Virus record (IMG/VR): IMGVR_UViG_3300046734_000671
Coordinates: 6,438 to 70,437 of that record
Source of the DNA: a virus
DNA: 64,000 bases
Strand: one strand, 5' to 3'
Shown: positions 9,225-18,029 of the stretch, one piece after another
Layout of the letters: each line of letters starts with the position of its first letter
Numbering within the stretch: position 1 is the stretch's first letter
The notes under the pieces: model-generated
What the model was told of the DNA's origin: nothing
What the model saw: the letters and a program-made list of their open reading frames with translations, nothing else
The model's database searches: none
Program-made: the position numbers and the translations under genes

Positions 9225-10180
9225 TTTTATTTACGGCAGACTGGCACATAAAGCTAGGTCAGAAGAACGTGCCCAAAGAGTGGGCACTTAACCGTTATGG
9301 ATTATTTTTCGAGCAAATACATAGTCTCGAAAAGCAGTGCGAAATGCACATTATTGGTGGTGATCTTTTTGACCGTCTGCCGAACATGGAGGAACTGGAA
9401 CTCTACTTCTCGTTTATTCGGGAAGTAGGGATTCCAACTCTTATCTATGACGGTAATCATGAAGCAACAAAGAAAAACAAAACGTTCTTTACTCAACTTA
9501 AGCAAGTGACTAGAGATATAAACCCACTTGTAAAAATAGCGGATATTTCATACTATGATTCCGATCTTGGTTTTAGTATTCTTCCTTACGCCGATCTCCA
9601 CAGAGAAGGAAGCATTGAAAAATTTATATCAACAGCACCACTCTTTACTCATGTACGAGGAGAAATACCTCCACACGTCAAGCCAGAGGTGGACTTAGAC
9701 AGATTTGAGGACTTTCCCGTTGTATTTGCAGGAGATCTACACGCACACAGCAACACTCAAAGAAATATTGTGTACCCAGGGTCTCCTATGACAACATCGT
9801 TTCATAGAACAGAAGTTAAAACAGGATATTTGCTTATAAATCCAAACGATTGGTCTTGGATATGGGAGCCTTTTGACCTTCCACAATTGATACGAAAAAC
9901 TGTATCAGATCCAAGTGAAATGGTTTCTACCAACTATCACCATACGATTTATGAGATTGAAGGGGATATGCAAGAGCTTGCGAATGTAAAAAATAATGAT
10001 CTCTTAGACAAAAAAGTAGTAAAGAGAAATACAGAAGCAACTTTAATTATAGATAATGAAATGACTCTTGAAGAAGAGTTAGTTGAATATTTAACATATA
10101 TACTAGAAATCTCAGAAGCGCAAATACCAAACATAATAGGTGTATTTAATGATTACTCTGCAAAAATTACGATGGAGTAA
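9221..10180 (+). CDS. D12: Mre11/SbcD-like recombination nuclease (D12)
   Basis: Metallophosphoesterase motifs DWH, GDLFD, GNHE, GDLH, YPGSP. Confidence 0.9.
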   Translation: MILFTADWHIKLGQKNVPKEWALNRYGLFFEQIHSLEKQCEMHIIGGDLFDRLPNMEELELYFSFIREVGIPTLIYDGNHEATKKNKTFFTQLKQVTRDINPLVKIADISYYDSDLGFSILPYADLHREGSIEKFISTAPLFTHVRGEIPPHVKPEVDLDRFEDFPVVFAGDLHAHSNTQRNIVYPGSPMTTSFHRTEVKTGYLLINPNDWSWIWEPFDLPQLIRKTVSDPSEMVSTNYHHTIYEIEGDMQELANVKNNDLLDKKVVKRNTEATLIIDNEMTLEEELVEYLTYILEISEAQIPNIIGVFNDYSAKITME

Positions 10181-11942
10181 CTGCTTTAGCTATGGAGAAA
10201 CCAATGAGTTAGATTTAAGCAGTAATACTGTTACTCAACTTGTTGGTACTAACGGGATGGGGAAGTCCTCCATCCCGTTAATTATAGAGGAAGCTCTCTA
10301 TAATAAGAATTCCAAAGGCATCAAAAAAGCAGACATACCAAATCGATATGTTAATCAAGGTTATAGTATACACTTAACCTTTACTAAGGATACCAAACAC
10401 TATGAGGTTCTCATCGACCGAAAGTCCAGTATTAAACTTCGACTCCTCGAAAATGGCGAGGATATATCCTCACATACCGCAACCAATACCTATAAGACAC
10501 TGCAAGATATTATCGGTATTGATTTCAAAACATTCACCCAATTGGTATATCAAAACACTAGCAGCAGCTTACAATTTCTCACAGCGACCGATACGAATAG
10601 AAAAAAATTCTTAATTGATTTGTTACACTTAGAGCACTATGTTAGATTATTTGAGTTGTTTAAAGAAGAGTCTAGGAAGCAGACTGTTAATCTTGCAAGC
10701 GTAGAATCAAAGATAGCAACAATAGAAAAATGGTTGCAAGATAATAAATTGACCGATACAACCATACTGCCACTGAAAGAAATTTTAATCGACACATCAA
10801 AAGATGAAAAGGAATACGCTGAACTCTCATTAGAAATTAAAAATATTTCTGAAAAAAATAAAAAAATTAATCAGAATAATACGTATAAAGAAATGCTAAG
10901 CGAGATTGATCTACAAAAAGCACAATCTTGTACTGTAGCAGAAAAACAATCATATGATAGATTGCAATCAGATTTAGGTAATCTTCGCGGGGTCGTAGCG
11001 GGGTCAAAGAAACTACTGGCAAAGCTAGAGAAACTGGGGGATCATTGCCCTACTTGTGAGCAAGAAGTAGATCCTGGATTCAAACAAAAACTCATTGATG
11101 AAGAAAGTAGAAAGATTGCAGAAAATAGAAGGGAAGAATATGAAATTGAAGGAAGAATATCAGAAATTAAGCGAGACAATGCCGAGTATGACAATGCCAG
11201 AAAAATTGAAAGAGAGTGGCAAGAAATTTATCGAAGTATTGACCGAACTTTACCAGTGGCCCTCTTGGACAAAGGAGAGCTTGAAAGCCGCTTGGGAAGA
11301 ATACGAGCTGACTTGGTTCAAGCACAAGAGTCTTTGGAGAAGATCACAAGAAGTAACGAAAAGATCACAAGACATAACACAAGAATTCAAGTAATTCAAG
11401 AACAGACAGACAACTTCTTAGCCCAGCTTGAAGAGCAACAAGCACAGTTTGAAGTCTACAAAGAAACTGCAAATAATTTAGAAGTTCTAAAGAAAGCATT
11501 TAGTACAAATGGATTGATTGCATATAAAATTGAAAATCTTGTAAAAGACTTAGAAGAGCTTACAAATCATTATTTGGCGGAATTATCAGATGGAAGATTC
11601 ACACTCGAATTTGTTGTTAGCAATGATAAGCTTAACGTGCAGATTACTGATAATGGGAATATCGTTGACATACTTGCTTTATCTAGTGGCGAGCTTGCTA
11701 GGGTAAATACAGCTACTCTTATTGCTATTCGCAAATTGATGAGTAGTATATCCAAATCCAAAATAAATATATTATTTTTGGACGAAGTCATTGCAGTTTT
11801 AGATGATGCAGGACGAGAAAAATTAGTAGAAGTATTGTTAGAAGAGGATCTAAATACTTATGTTGTTAGTCACGGATGGACACATCCTCTACTTGAAAAA
11901 GTAGAAGTTGTTAAATCAGGAAATATATCGAGGTTAGAATGA
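10149..11942 (+). CDS. D13: Rad50/SbcC-like ATPase (D13)
   Basis: GTNGMGKS Walker A, CPTC zinc hook, LSSGE signature, FLDE Walker B, VSH. Confidence 0.92.
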   Translation: MITLQKLRWSNCFSYGETNELDLSSNTVTQLVGTNGMGKSSIPLIIEEALYNKNSKGIKKADIPNRYVNQGYSIHLTFTKDTKHYEVLIDRKSSIKLRLLENGEDISSHTATNTYKTLQDIIGIDFKTFTQLVYQNTSSSLQFLTATDTNRKKFLIDLLHLEHYVRLFELFKEESRKQTVNLASVESKIATIEKWLQDNKLTDTTILPLKEILIDTSKDEKEYAELSLEIKNISEKNKKINQNNTYKEMLSEIDLQKAQSCTVAEKQSYDRLQSDLGNLRGVVAGSKKLLAKLEKLGDHCPTCEQEVDPGFKQKLIDEESRKIAENRREEYEIEGRISEIKRDNAEYDNARKIEREWQEIYRSIDRTLPVALLDKGELESRLGRIRADLVQAQESLEKITRSNEKITRHNTRIQVIQEQTDNFLAQLEEQQAQFEVYKETANNLEVLKKAFSTNGLIAYKIENLVKDLEELTNHYLAELSDGRFTLEFVVSNDKLNVQITDNGNIVDILALSSGELARVNTATLIAIRKLMSSISKSKINILFLDEVIAVLDDAGREKLVEVLLEEDLNTYVVSHGWTHPLLEKVEVVKSGNISRLE

Positions 11943-12175
11943 CAGATGAAGGAATGACACTTACTACGGGGCATCTTATGATAGAAAATATGAAGGAGTA
12001 TTTGCTTGGTAAGTGTAAATACCACGAAACAAATGTTAAAGTTTACTTTTTAAATCCTGTTGGTATCGGAGAACATCCAGATATTCTTGGAGCTATCGAG
12101 ACAGAGCTAGAAAAGCTCGCAGAGTATAAAGAAAAATTAGATGTACTTCGACAGATAGAGAGGAGCTTGTGGTAG
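11939..12175 (+). CDS. Small helical hypothetical protein
   Basis: NPVGIGEHPDI motif; overlaps both neighbours. Confidence 0.65.
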   Translation: MTDEGMTLTTGHLMIENMKEYLLGKCKYHETNVKVYFLNPVGIGEHPDILGAIETELEKLAEYKEKLDVLRQIERSLW

Positions 12176-12615
12176 ACAGCAGAGCAAAGGGCGCTCGAGG
12201 AGAGTATCTAGTAAGAGATTTATTAAGAGAACATACCGGCCTTCAGTTTGAAAGAGTCCCGAGTTCCGGGGCTCTTGAGTATTTGAAGGGAGATTTGTAT
12301 GTTCCGCATGAAAAAAATAAATATTGTATAGAAGTAAAAAACTATTCTGAGTCTCCTCTTACTGATAAAATTTTTACTGCGCCTAGAACAAATAATCTCA
12401 TTCGGTGGTGGAATAAAGTAGTACAACAAGCGCACCGAGGTAATCAAGAACCGTTGTTGTTTTTTAAATATAATCGCTCTCCTATATTTGTAGTAGCAAA
12501 AGATAAGCCAGAAAATTTCTCTCTCTGGATAGATATAAATTTTTTGGGGTGTCATGTTATGGTTGCAGATGAGTGGTTAAAAAACGAAAAGCCGGAGTTT
12601 TTAAATGGCATTTAA
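12169..12615 (+). CDS. D14: PD-(D/E)XK nuclease, Holliday-junction-resolvase-like (D14)
   Basis: SRAKGARGE, GDL, IEVK; synteny. Confidence 0.85.
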   Translation: MVDSRAKGARGEYLVRDLLREHTGLQFERVPSSGALEYLKGDLYVPHEKNKYCIEVKNYSESPLTDKIFTAPRTNNLIRWWNKVVQQAHRGNQEPLLFFKYNRSPIFVVAKDKPENFSLWIDINFLGCHVMVADEWLKNEKPEFLNGI

Positions 12616-13444
12616 TTTTGAGCATAGAATATCAGATACAAGAACAACACTGATAGTAGATGCACTAAATCTTGCATTTCGATGGAAACATCAAGGCAGA
12701 ACAGATTTTAGGTATGACTATCAAAAAACAGTACAGTCTCTTGCTTCTTCATATGGATGTAGCGAAGTAATTATAGCAGCAGATTGGGGATCTTCTTCAT
12801 ACAGAAAAGAACTGTATCCCGACTACAAACAGAATAGAAAAGAGAAGTTTGCAGAACAAAGTGAGGAAGAAAGAATTGCTTTTGAAGAGTTCTTTGAGGA
12901 GTTTGAAGCAACACTTGAAGTCCTTGCAGAAGATTATATACTACTTCGATACAAAGGTGTAGAAGCAGATGATGTTGCTGCACATCTAGTAAAGCATAAA
13001 AATGTTTATGATTTAGAGAATATATGGCTAGTATCAAGTGACCGAGACTGGGACTTACTTATTCAAGATACTGTAAGTAGATTTTCTTATGTGACGAGGA
13101 AGGAAGTCACGCTAGAAAATTGGCCAACTCATTATGATGTAAAACCCGAAGAATATATTTCTCTAAAATGTTTAACGGGAGATAAAGGTGATAATGTACC
13201 AGGAATTCCTGGAATTGGACCGAAACGAGCACAACAACTAATAGAACAATACGGAAATGCTTTTAGTATTTATGAAGCAATACCTATTAATAGTAAGTAT
13301 AAATATATACAAACTCTTAATGAAAATGCGGATCAAATCTTAGCAAACTATGAACTTATGGATTTAATAACTTTTTGCGATGATGCAATAGGTAAGGCTA
13401 ATATAGTAGATATTGAGAGTAAAATAAATGAATATAGAAATTGA
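12605..13444 (+). CDS. D15: Flap endonuclease / 5'-3' exonuclease (D15)
   Basis: IVDALNLAFR, YKQNR, GVEADD, SSDRDWD, GDKGDNVPGIPGIGPKRA. Confidence 0.93.
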   Translation: MAFNFEHRISDTRTTLIVDALNLAFRWKHQGRTDFRYDYQKTVQSLASSYGCSEVIIAADWGSSSYRKELYPDYKQNRKEKFAEQSEEERIAFEEFFEEFEATLEVLAEDYILLRYKGVEADDVAAHLVKHKNVYDLENIWLVSSDRDWDLLIQDTVSRFSYVTRKEVTLENWPTHYDVKPEEYISLKCLTGDKGDNVPGIPGIGPKRAQQLIEQYGNAFSIYEAIPINSKYKYIQTLNENADQILANYELMDLITFCDDAIGKANIVDIESKINEYRN

Positions 13445-15203
13445 TTTTCGTAGAGATCGTTATCTCTCCCAATTTAGTATAAGAACACTACAAGATAGAT
13501 ACCTAGTTGATGGAGAAGGCTCTCCACAGCAGGCATTTGCACGAGCAGCGGAGGCATTTGCAGATGATGAAGGACATGCCCAGCGATTGTATGATTACGC
13601 TAGTAAGCTTTGGTTCATGTTCTCTACTCCCATCCTTAGCAATGGAGGTACTAAGCGGGGCCTTCCTATTTCTTGCTTTCTTAATTATGTGGATGATAGT
13701 AGAACTGGTATCACCGACCACTATACAGAAAATGCGTTTCTCAGTTCAGTCGGTGGTGGTATTGGTGGTTATTGGGGGGATATACGTTCAGTGGGTTCGA
13801 AAACCAGTAATGGATCTGAGTCTACAGGCGTTATACCATTTCTTAAAGTCGTAGATGCAGAAATGCTTGCATTCTCACAAGGAGTAACAAGACGTGGAAG
13901 CTATGCTTCGTACTTACCGATGTCTCATCCAGAAGTCGAAGAATACTTGGATATGCGTAAACCTACTGGAGGCGATATTAATCGTAAGTCTACTAACTTG
14001 CACCACGGTATTATTATTCCTGACGATTTCATGCAGCTTATAGAAGGAGCTACAAAAGAAGAAGGATTCGATGATAGTTGGCCTTTGATTGATCCAAATA
14101 GCGGTATTACAACAAAAGTAGTATCTGCAAAAACATTATGGGTAAAACTTATTCAGAATCGAGTAGAGACTGGAGAGCCTTACATTATGTTTGGAGATAC
14201 AGTACAAGAAGCACTTCCAGAGTGCCAAAAAGATCTTGGTCTGAAAGTAAACCAGTCAAATCTTTGTAGTGAAATTACACTTCCTACAGACGAAAATCGT
14301 ACCGCAGTATGTTGTCTCTCAAGTGTAAACTTGGAAGAATACGATGAGTGGAGTAACGATCCTCAGTTTATTCCTGATCTTGTTCGTATGCTAGATAATG
14401 TACTCACTTATTTTATCGAAAATGCACCTAATGAACTAGCAAAAGCTAAGTATAGTGCAGAACGAGAAAGAAGCATTGGCTTAGGAGCAATGGGATTTCA
14501 TGCCTATTTACAAAGACATAGTATACCTTTCGAATCATTCCAAGCAAAAAACAGAAACATGGCAATGTTCTGGCACATCAAATCCTGTGCAGAAGCAGCA
14601 AGCGAAAAGCTTGCTCAAGAGCGCGGCGAAGCTCCTGATGCTATCGGGACTGGTCGTCGTAATGTACATCTTCTTGCCATTGCTCCTAACGCTAGTAGTT
14701 CTATTATCTGTGGTAATACTAGTCCTAGTATTGAGCCATATCGAGCTAATGCGTTTACTCAAAAAACTAAAAGCGGATCTAGCTTACAAAAAAATGAGTA
14801 TCTACAAGCTATACTACAAGAAATAGAAATGGATACAGAAGAAGTATGGAAAGATATTGTAACAAATGGAGGTTCTGTTCAACATCTAGAATTTTTAGAT
14901 GAATGGACAAAATATGTATTTAAAACCGCTGTAGAAATAGATCAGAGGTGGGTAGTAGATATGGCGGCAGACCGACAAAAACAAATTTGTCAAAGTCAAT
15001 CTCTAAATATATTCTTTCCTTCGGATGTATCAAAACAAGAGCTGCACTCAATACATATGATGGCATGGAAGAAAAAAGTAAAAACACTTTACTACTTACG
15101 TAGTGAGGCCCATAAAAGAGCAGAAAATGTATCAGATGAAGTTCTACGACAAAGAATATTTGAGTCGATGGACGAAGACGCTTGTGTAGCGTGTGAAGGG
15201 TGA
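13428..15203 (+). CDS. nrdA: Ribonucleotide reductase class I alpha subunit, short form without ATP cone
   Basis: PISCF, SNLCSEI (catalytic N/C/E), IAPNASSS, TLYY, C-terminal CVAC. Confidence 0.95.
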   Translation: MNIEIDFRRDRYLSQFSIRTLQDRYLVDGEGSPQQAFARAAEAFADDEGHAQRLYDYASKLWFMFSTPILSNGGTKRGLPISCFLNYVDDSRTGITDHYTENAFLSSVGGGIGGYWGDIRSVGSKTSNGSESTGVIPFLKVVDAEMLAFSQGVTRRGSYASYLPMSHPEVEEYLDMRKPTGGDINRKSTNLHHGIIIPDDFMQLIEGATKEEGFDDSWPLIDPNSGITTKVVSAKTLWVKLIQNRVETGEPYIMFGDTVQEALPECQKDLGLKVNQSNLCSEITLPTDENRTAVCCLSSVNLEEYDEWSNDPQFIPDLVRMLDNVLTYFIENAPNELAKAKYSAERERSIGLGAMGFHAYLQRHSIPFESFQAKNRNMAMFWHIKSCAEAASEKLAQERGEAPDAIGTGRRNVHLLAIAPNASSSIICGNTSPSIEPYRANAFTQKTKSGSSLQKNEYLQAILQEIEMDTEEVWKDIVTNGGSVQHLEFLDEWTKYVFKTAVEIDQRWVVDMAADRQKQICQSQSLNIFFPSDVSKQELHSIHMMAWKKKVKTLYYLRSEAHKRAENVSDEVLRQRIFESMDEDACVACEG

Positions 15204-16165
15204 ATATGAATTTATTAGCAGAAAGAGAGTATTACAAGCCTTTTAACTATCCTTGGGCTTATGAGCATTACAAAAATCAACAGCACATGCATTGGCTTCC
15301 TGATGAAGTCAATCTTGCTGACGATTTAAAGGATTATCGGGAGAAACTAACGCCGGGAAATAAGAAACTGATTAATCAAATCTTTCGTTTCTTTACTCAG
15401 GCAGACGTAGATGTTTGCTGTGGATATGCTACGCATTATCTACCTACGTTTAAACAGCCTGAAGTAAGAATGATGCTTTCTGCATTTGCTGCAATGGAGG
15501 CAGTACATCAAGAAGCGTATTCTTTACTTTTAGAAACTTTAGGGTTTGGAGACGACGAGTACCAAAAATTTATGGAGCATAAAGCCATGATGGATAAGCA
15601 TGAACATTTATCTAACTTTGGTATGGATACTCCAATGAATATTGCAAAGACTATGGCTATCTATTCTGGATTTACAGAAGGAGTACAGCTATTTAGTTCT
15701 TTTGCAATTCTACTGAACTTTCCTCGTCACAATCTTATGAAAGGTATGGGACAGATTGTAACTTGGAGTATTCGAGATGAGAGTTTGCATGTAGAAGGAA
15801 TGTCTCAACTATTCCGAACCTTCATTGCAGAAAATCCAGAACTTTGGAATGACGATCTAAAGTATGAAATTTATTGTGCAGCAGAGCGTACAGTAGAACT
15901 AGAGGATGCTTTTATTGATCTCTGTTTTGAAGGTGCTGATGTTCCTGATCTTACAGCAGAAGAAGTCAAAGAATATATTCGATATATTGCAGATCGAAGA
16001 TTGCTTGGTCTTGGTATGAAAAAGATTTTTCATAGTGAAGATAATCCTTTGCCGTGGTTAGACTATATGCTGAATGCAGTAGAACATACAAACTTTTTTG
16101 AAAATCGTGCTACCGAATATGCTCGAGCTAGCACTACAGGTAACTGGCAAGACATATTTAAATAG
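15200..16165 (+). CDS. nrdB: Ribonucleotide reductase class Ia beta subunit
   Basis: Diiron ligands QAD, EAVH, TEG, DESLH; radical Tyr in HQEAY; NFFENRATEY. Confidence 0.95.
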   Translation: MNMNLLAEREYYKPFNYPWAYEHYKNQQHMHWLPDEVNLADDLKDYREKLTPGNKKLINQIFRFFTQADVDVCCGYATHYLPTFKQPEVRMMLSAFAAMEAVHQEAYSLLLETLGFGDDEYQKFMEHKAMMDKHEHLSNFGMDTPMNIAKTMAIYSGFTEGVQLFSSFAILLNFPRHNLMKGMGQIVTWSIRDESLHVEGMSQLFRTFIAENPELWNDDLKYEIYCAAERTVELEDAFIDLCFEGADVPDLTAEEVKEYIRYIADRRLLGLGMKKIFHSEDNPLPWLDYMLNAVEHTNFFENRATEYARASTTGNWQDIFK

Positions 16166-16173
16166 GAGAACAG

Positions 16174-16443
16174 ATGAAAATTATAAACGAAGACAATCCC
16201 ACGCTTGTTCTCGGGGGAGAAGAGCATGAGATTGAAAAACTTAATGAGACCTCAAAGTATTATATTGATCAGGTACAGGATCTTAATACACAAATGCTAC
16301 AAATTAAAGCAAAACTACACCAATGTGAAGTAGCTCGAGCAGGATTTGTAAGTCTATTGGCATCAGAGATTGAAGCACAAAATAAAGTGTTTAAGGACGG
16401 AGAAAATGAAGAAGGAACTGGAGACGAAGTCAGCAGCGACTGA
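16174..16443 (+). CDS. Small coiled-coil protein (DUF6447-like)
   Basis: AGGAG RBS; TLVLGGEEHEIEKL...QVQDL...EVARAGF pattern. Confidence 0.7.
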   Translation: MKIINEDNPTLVLGGEEHEIEKLNETSKYYIDQVQDLNTQMLQIKAKLHQCEVARAGFVSLLASEIEAQNKVFKDGENEEGTGDEVSSD

Positions 16444-16669
16444 TTCTATAGAGCTTCGTCCGGAGTCGGAGTGGGAAAATGAGGGAGAGGGAGCTACCGA
16501 GCCTGCTCCTGCTCCTGCTCCTGACTTATCAGATAGAGCTATCTCATATCTTGCTCAGATTCAAGATTTACAAGAACAATTAGAGCAAGAGAAGTTAAAA
16601 GTTGAACGACTTGAAATGGCAATACGTGGATTCACAATGGCACTTCAAGAAGAAATAAAGGGGCTCTAA
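16406..16669 (+). CDS. Small coiled-coil protein, paralogue of 16174-16443, with PAPAPAP linker
   Basis: GGAG before ATG 16406; LSD...YLAQIQDL...EMAIRGF aligns with the upstream gene. Confidence 0.65.
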   Translation: MKKELETKSAATDSIELRPESEWENEGEGATEPAPAPAPDLSDRAISYLAQIQDLQEQLEQEKLKVERLEMAIRGFTMALQEEIKGL

Positions 16670-16680
16670 GCCCCTTTTTT
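16657..16680. terminator. Probable bidirectional terminator at the convergence of the replication and structural arms
   Basis: AAAGGGGCT-CTA-AGCCCCTTTTTT between convergent stop codons. Confidence 0.85.
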
Positions 16681-16681
16681 A

Positions 16682-18025
16682 TTAGAAAGTTATACTACCG
16701 CTTGCAGTAAATTTATATACATTAAAAGATCCGTCAGTAGTTACAGTTGGAGATCCAGTGCTTGATGCAGCTGTCGAAGTAGTTCTAATAATAACAACTC
16801 CGGAACCTCCTGCGCCTCCAGTATTATTGTGCTCTGCACCAGCACCTCCACCTCCCCCAGTATTTGCTGTGCCCGGGTAACCGTTACCACTATTTGTTGA
16901 TGAGTTAACTCCAGCAGCACCACCGCCTTGGCCCCCATCAGCAGGAGATTGACTTGCGGGGTGGTGAGCACCAGCACCCCCACCAGCATAATAAGTAGCT
17001 GTGCCTGTTATGCTTGATTGTAGACCATCACCGCCATGTCCTGGCCCGTCAGTGTTTCCGGCTTCTCCAGCACCACCACCGCCACCACCAAAATCAGTAG
17101 CACTACCATTATCTACTCCGCCCGCAGCGCCGGCATTTCCTTGGCCCGATGTTCCTGTGCCCGCAGCGCCGCTATTTACAGCACCGCCTCCACCGGAACC
17201 TCCATTGCCTCCTGAACCGCCATTATATATTCCTCCTTTACCTCCTCCAATCGCTGTAAGAGTAGTAAATCCACTACCAGATACTACACTATTTCCACCG
17301 TCTGAAGCGGCCCCAGGACCTGTTGCAGAACCATTGCCTCCAGCCCCGACCGTAACTGTGTAGGTTGTTCCAATAGCAAGAGTACTAGTTCCAGTAAGAA
17401 GCCCTCCAGCACCACCTCCACCACCGGACTGGGTACCGCCTCCACCACCACCAGCTACAATTAAGTATGTAATATCTGGATTAAAAGAAAGACTAAAGTC
17501 AACAAAACGAGTAGCACTTGAAATCCCATCAGAAGCACTTAGTCTTGCTTTAAAACTTCCTGCGTGGCCAGCAGTTGTAGAGGGGTCAAAAGTAAACACT
17601 CCTGTACTTTGATTTATAGTTGTATCTGCAGTAAGTTGAGTGGGTCTTGCATTTGTAGCATTTGCATACGCTATAGCGTAAGTGATAGCAGTTCCTTCAG
17701 GATCTACTGCCTGCATTTGTACTGTACTAGTACTACCATCCTTATTTAAAGTATGAGTAGTAGGAGGCTCAGTATAAACAATCGGAGATTGCCCATCCCC
17801 TGCAGCTACACTAGCAAACTCCACTGCATTTGCAGCAGAATTTACTTTTAATGTTTTTCCGCCCTGCCCGCTAAAGGAAGAAGGAGTATCTGTTAATGCT
17901 GCAAAAGTAGTTGTTCCTGAAGCAGGAGCTGTCCACACACCTTTTGTAGAATTATAAGTATAAGTAGTCCCTCCAAACGTATGTGTGGCGCCGTTCGACG
18001 GACTATCTGGAAAGTTAGTTGCCAT
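16682..18025 (-). CDS. Modular fibre/adhesin: NFPxSP N-terminal module, cadherin/Ig-like domain, Gly-rich C-terminal domain
   Basis: MATNFPDSPSNGAT, AVDPEG...HAGSFKARLSASDG, YLIVAGGGGGG...GGSGVVIIR...SITF. Confidence 0.75.
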   Translation of the reverse strand: MATNFPDSPSNGATHTFGGTTYTYNSTKGVWTAPASGTTTFAALTDTPSSFSGQGGKTLKVNSAANAVEFASVAAGDGQSPIVYTEPPTTHTLNKDGSTSTVQMQAVDPEGTAITYAIAYANATNARPTQLTADTTINQSTGVFTFDPSTTAGHAGSFKARLSASDGISSATRFVDFSLSFNPDITYLIVAGGGGGGTQSGGGGGAGGLLTGTSTLAIGTTYTVTVGAGGNGSATGPGAASDGGNSVVSGSGFTTLTAIGGGKGGIYNGGSGGNGGSGGGGAVNSGAAGTGTSGQGNAGAAGGVDNGSATDFGGGGGGAGEAGNTDGPGHGGDGLQSSITGTATYYAGGGAGAHHPASQSPADGGQGGGAAGVNSSTNSGNGYPGTANTGGGGGAGAEHNNTGGAGGSGVVIIRTTSTAASSTGSPTVTTDGSFNVYKFTASGSITF

Positions 18026-18029
18026 TATT

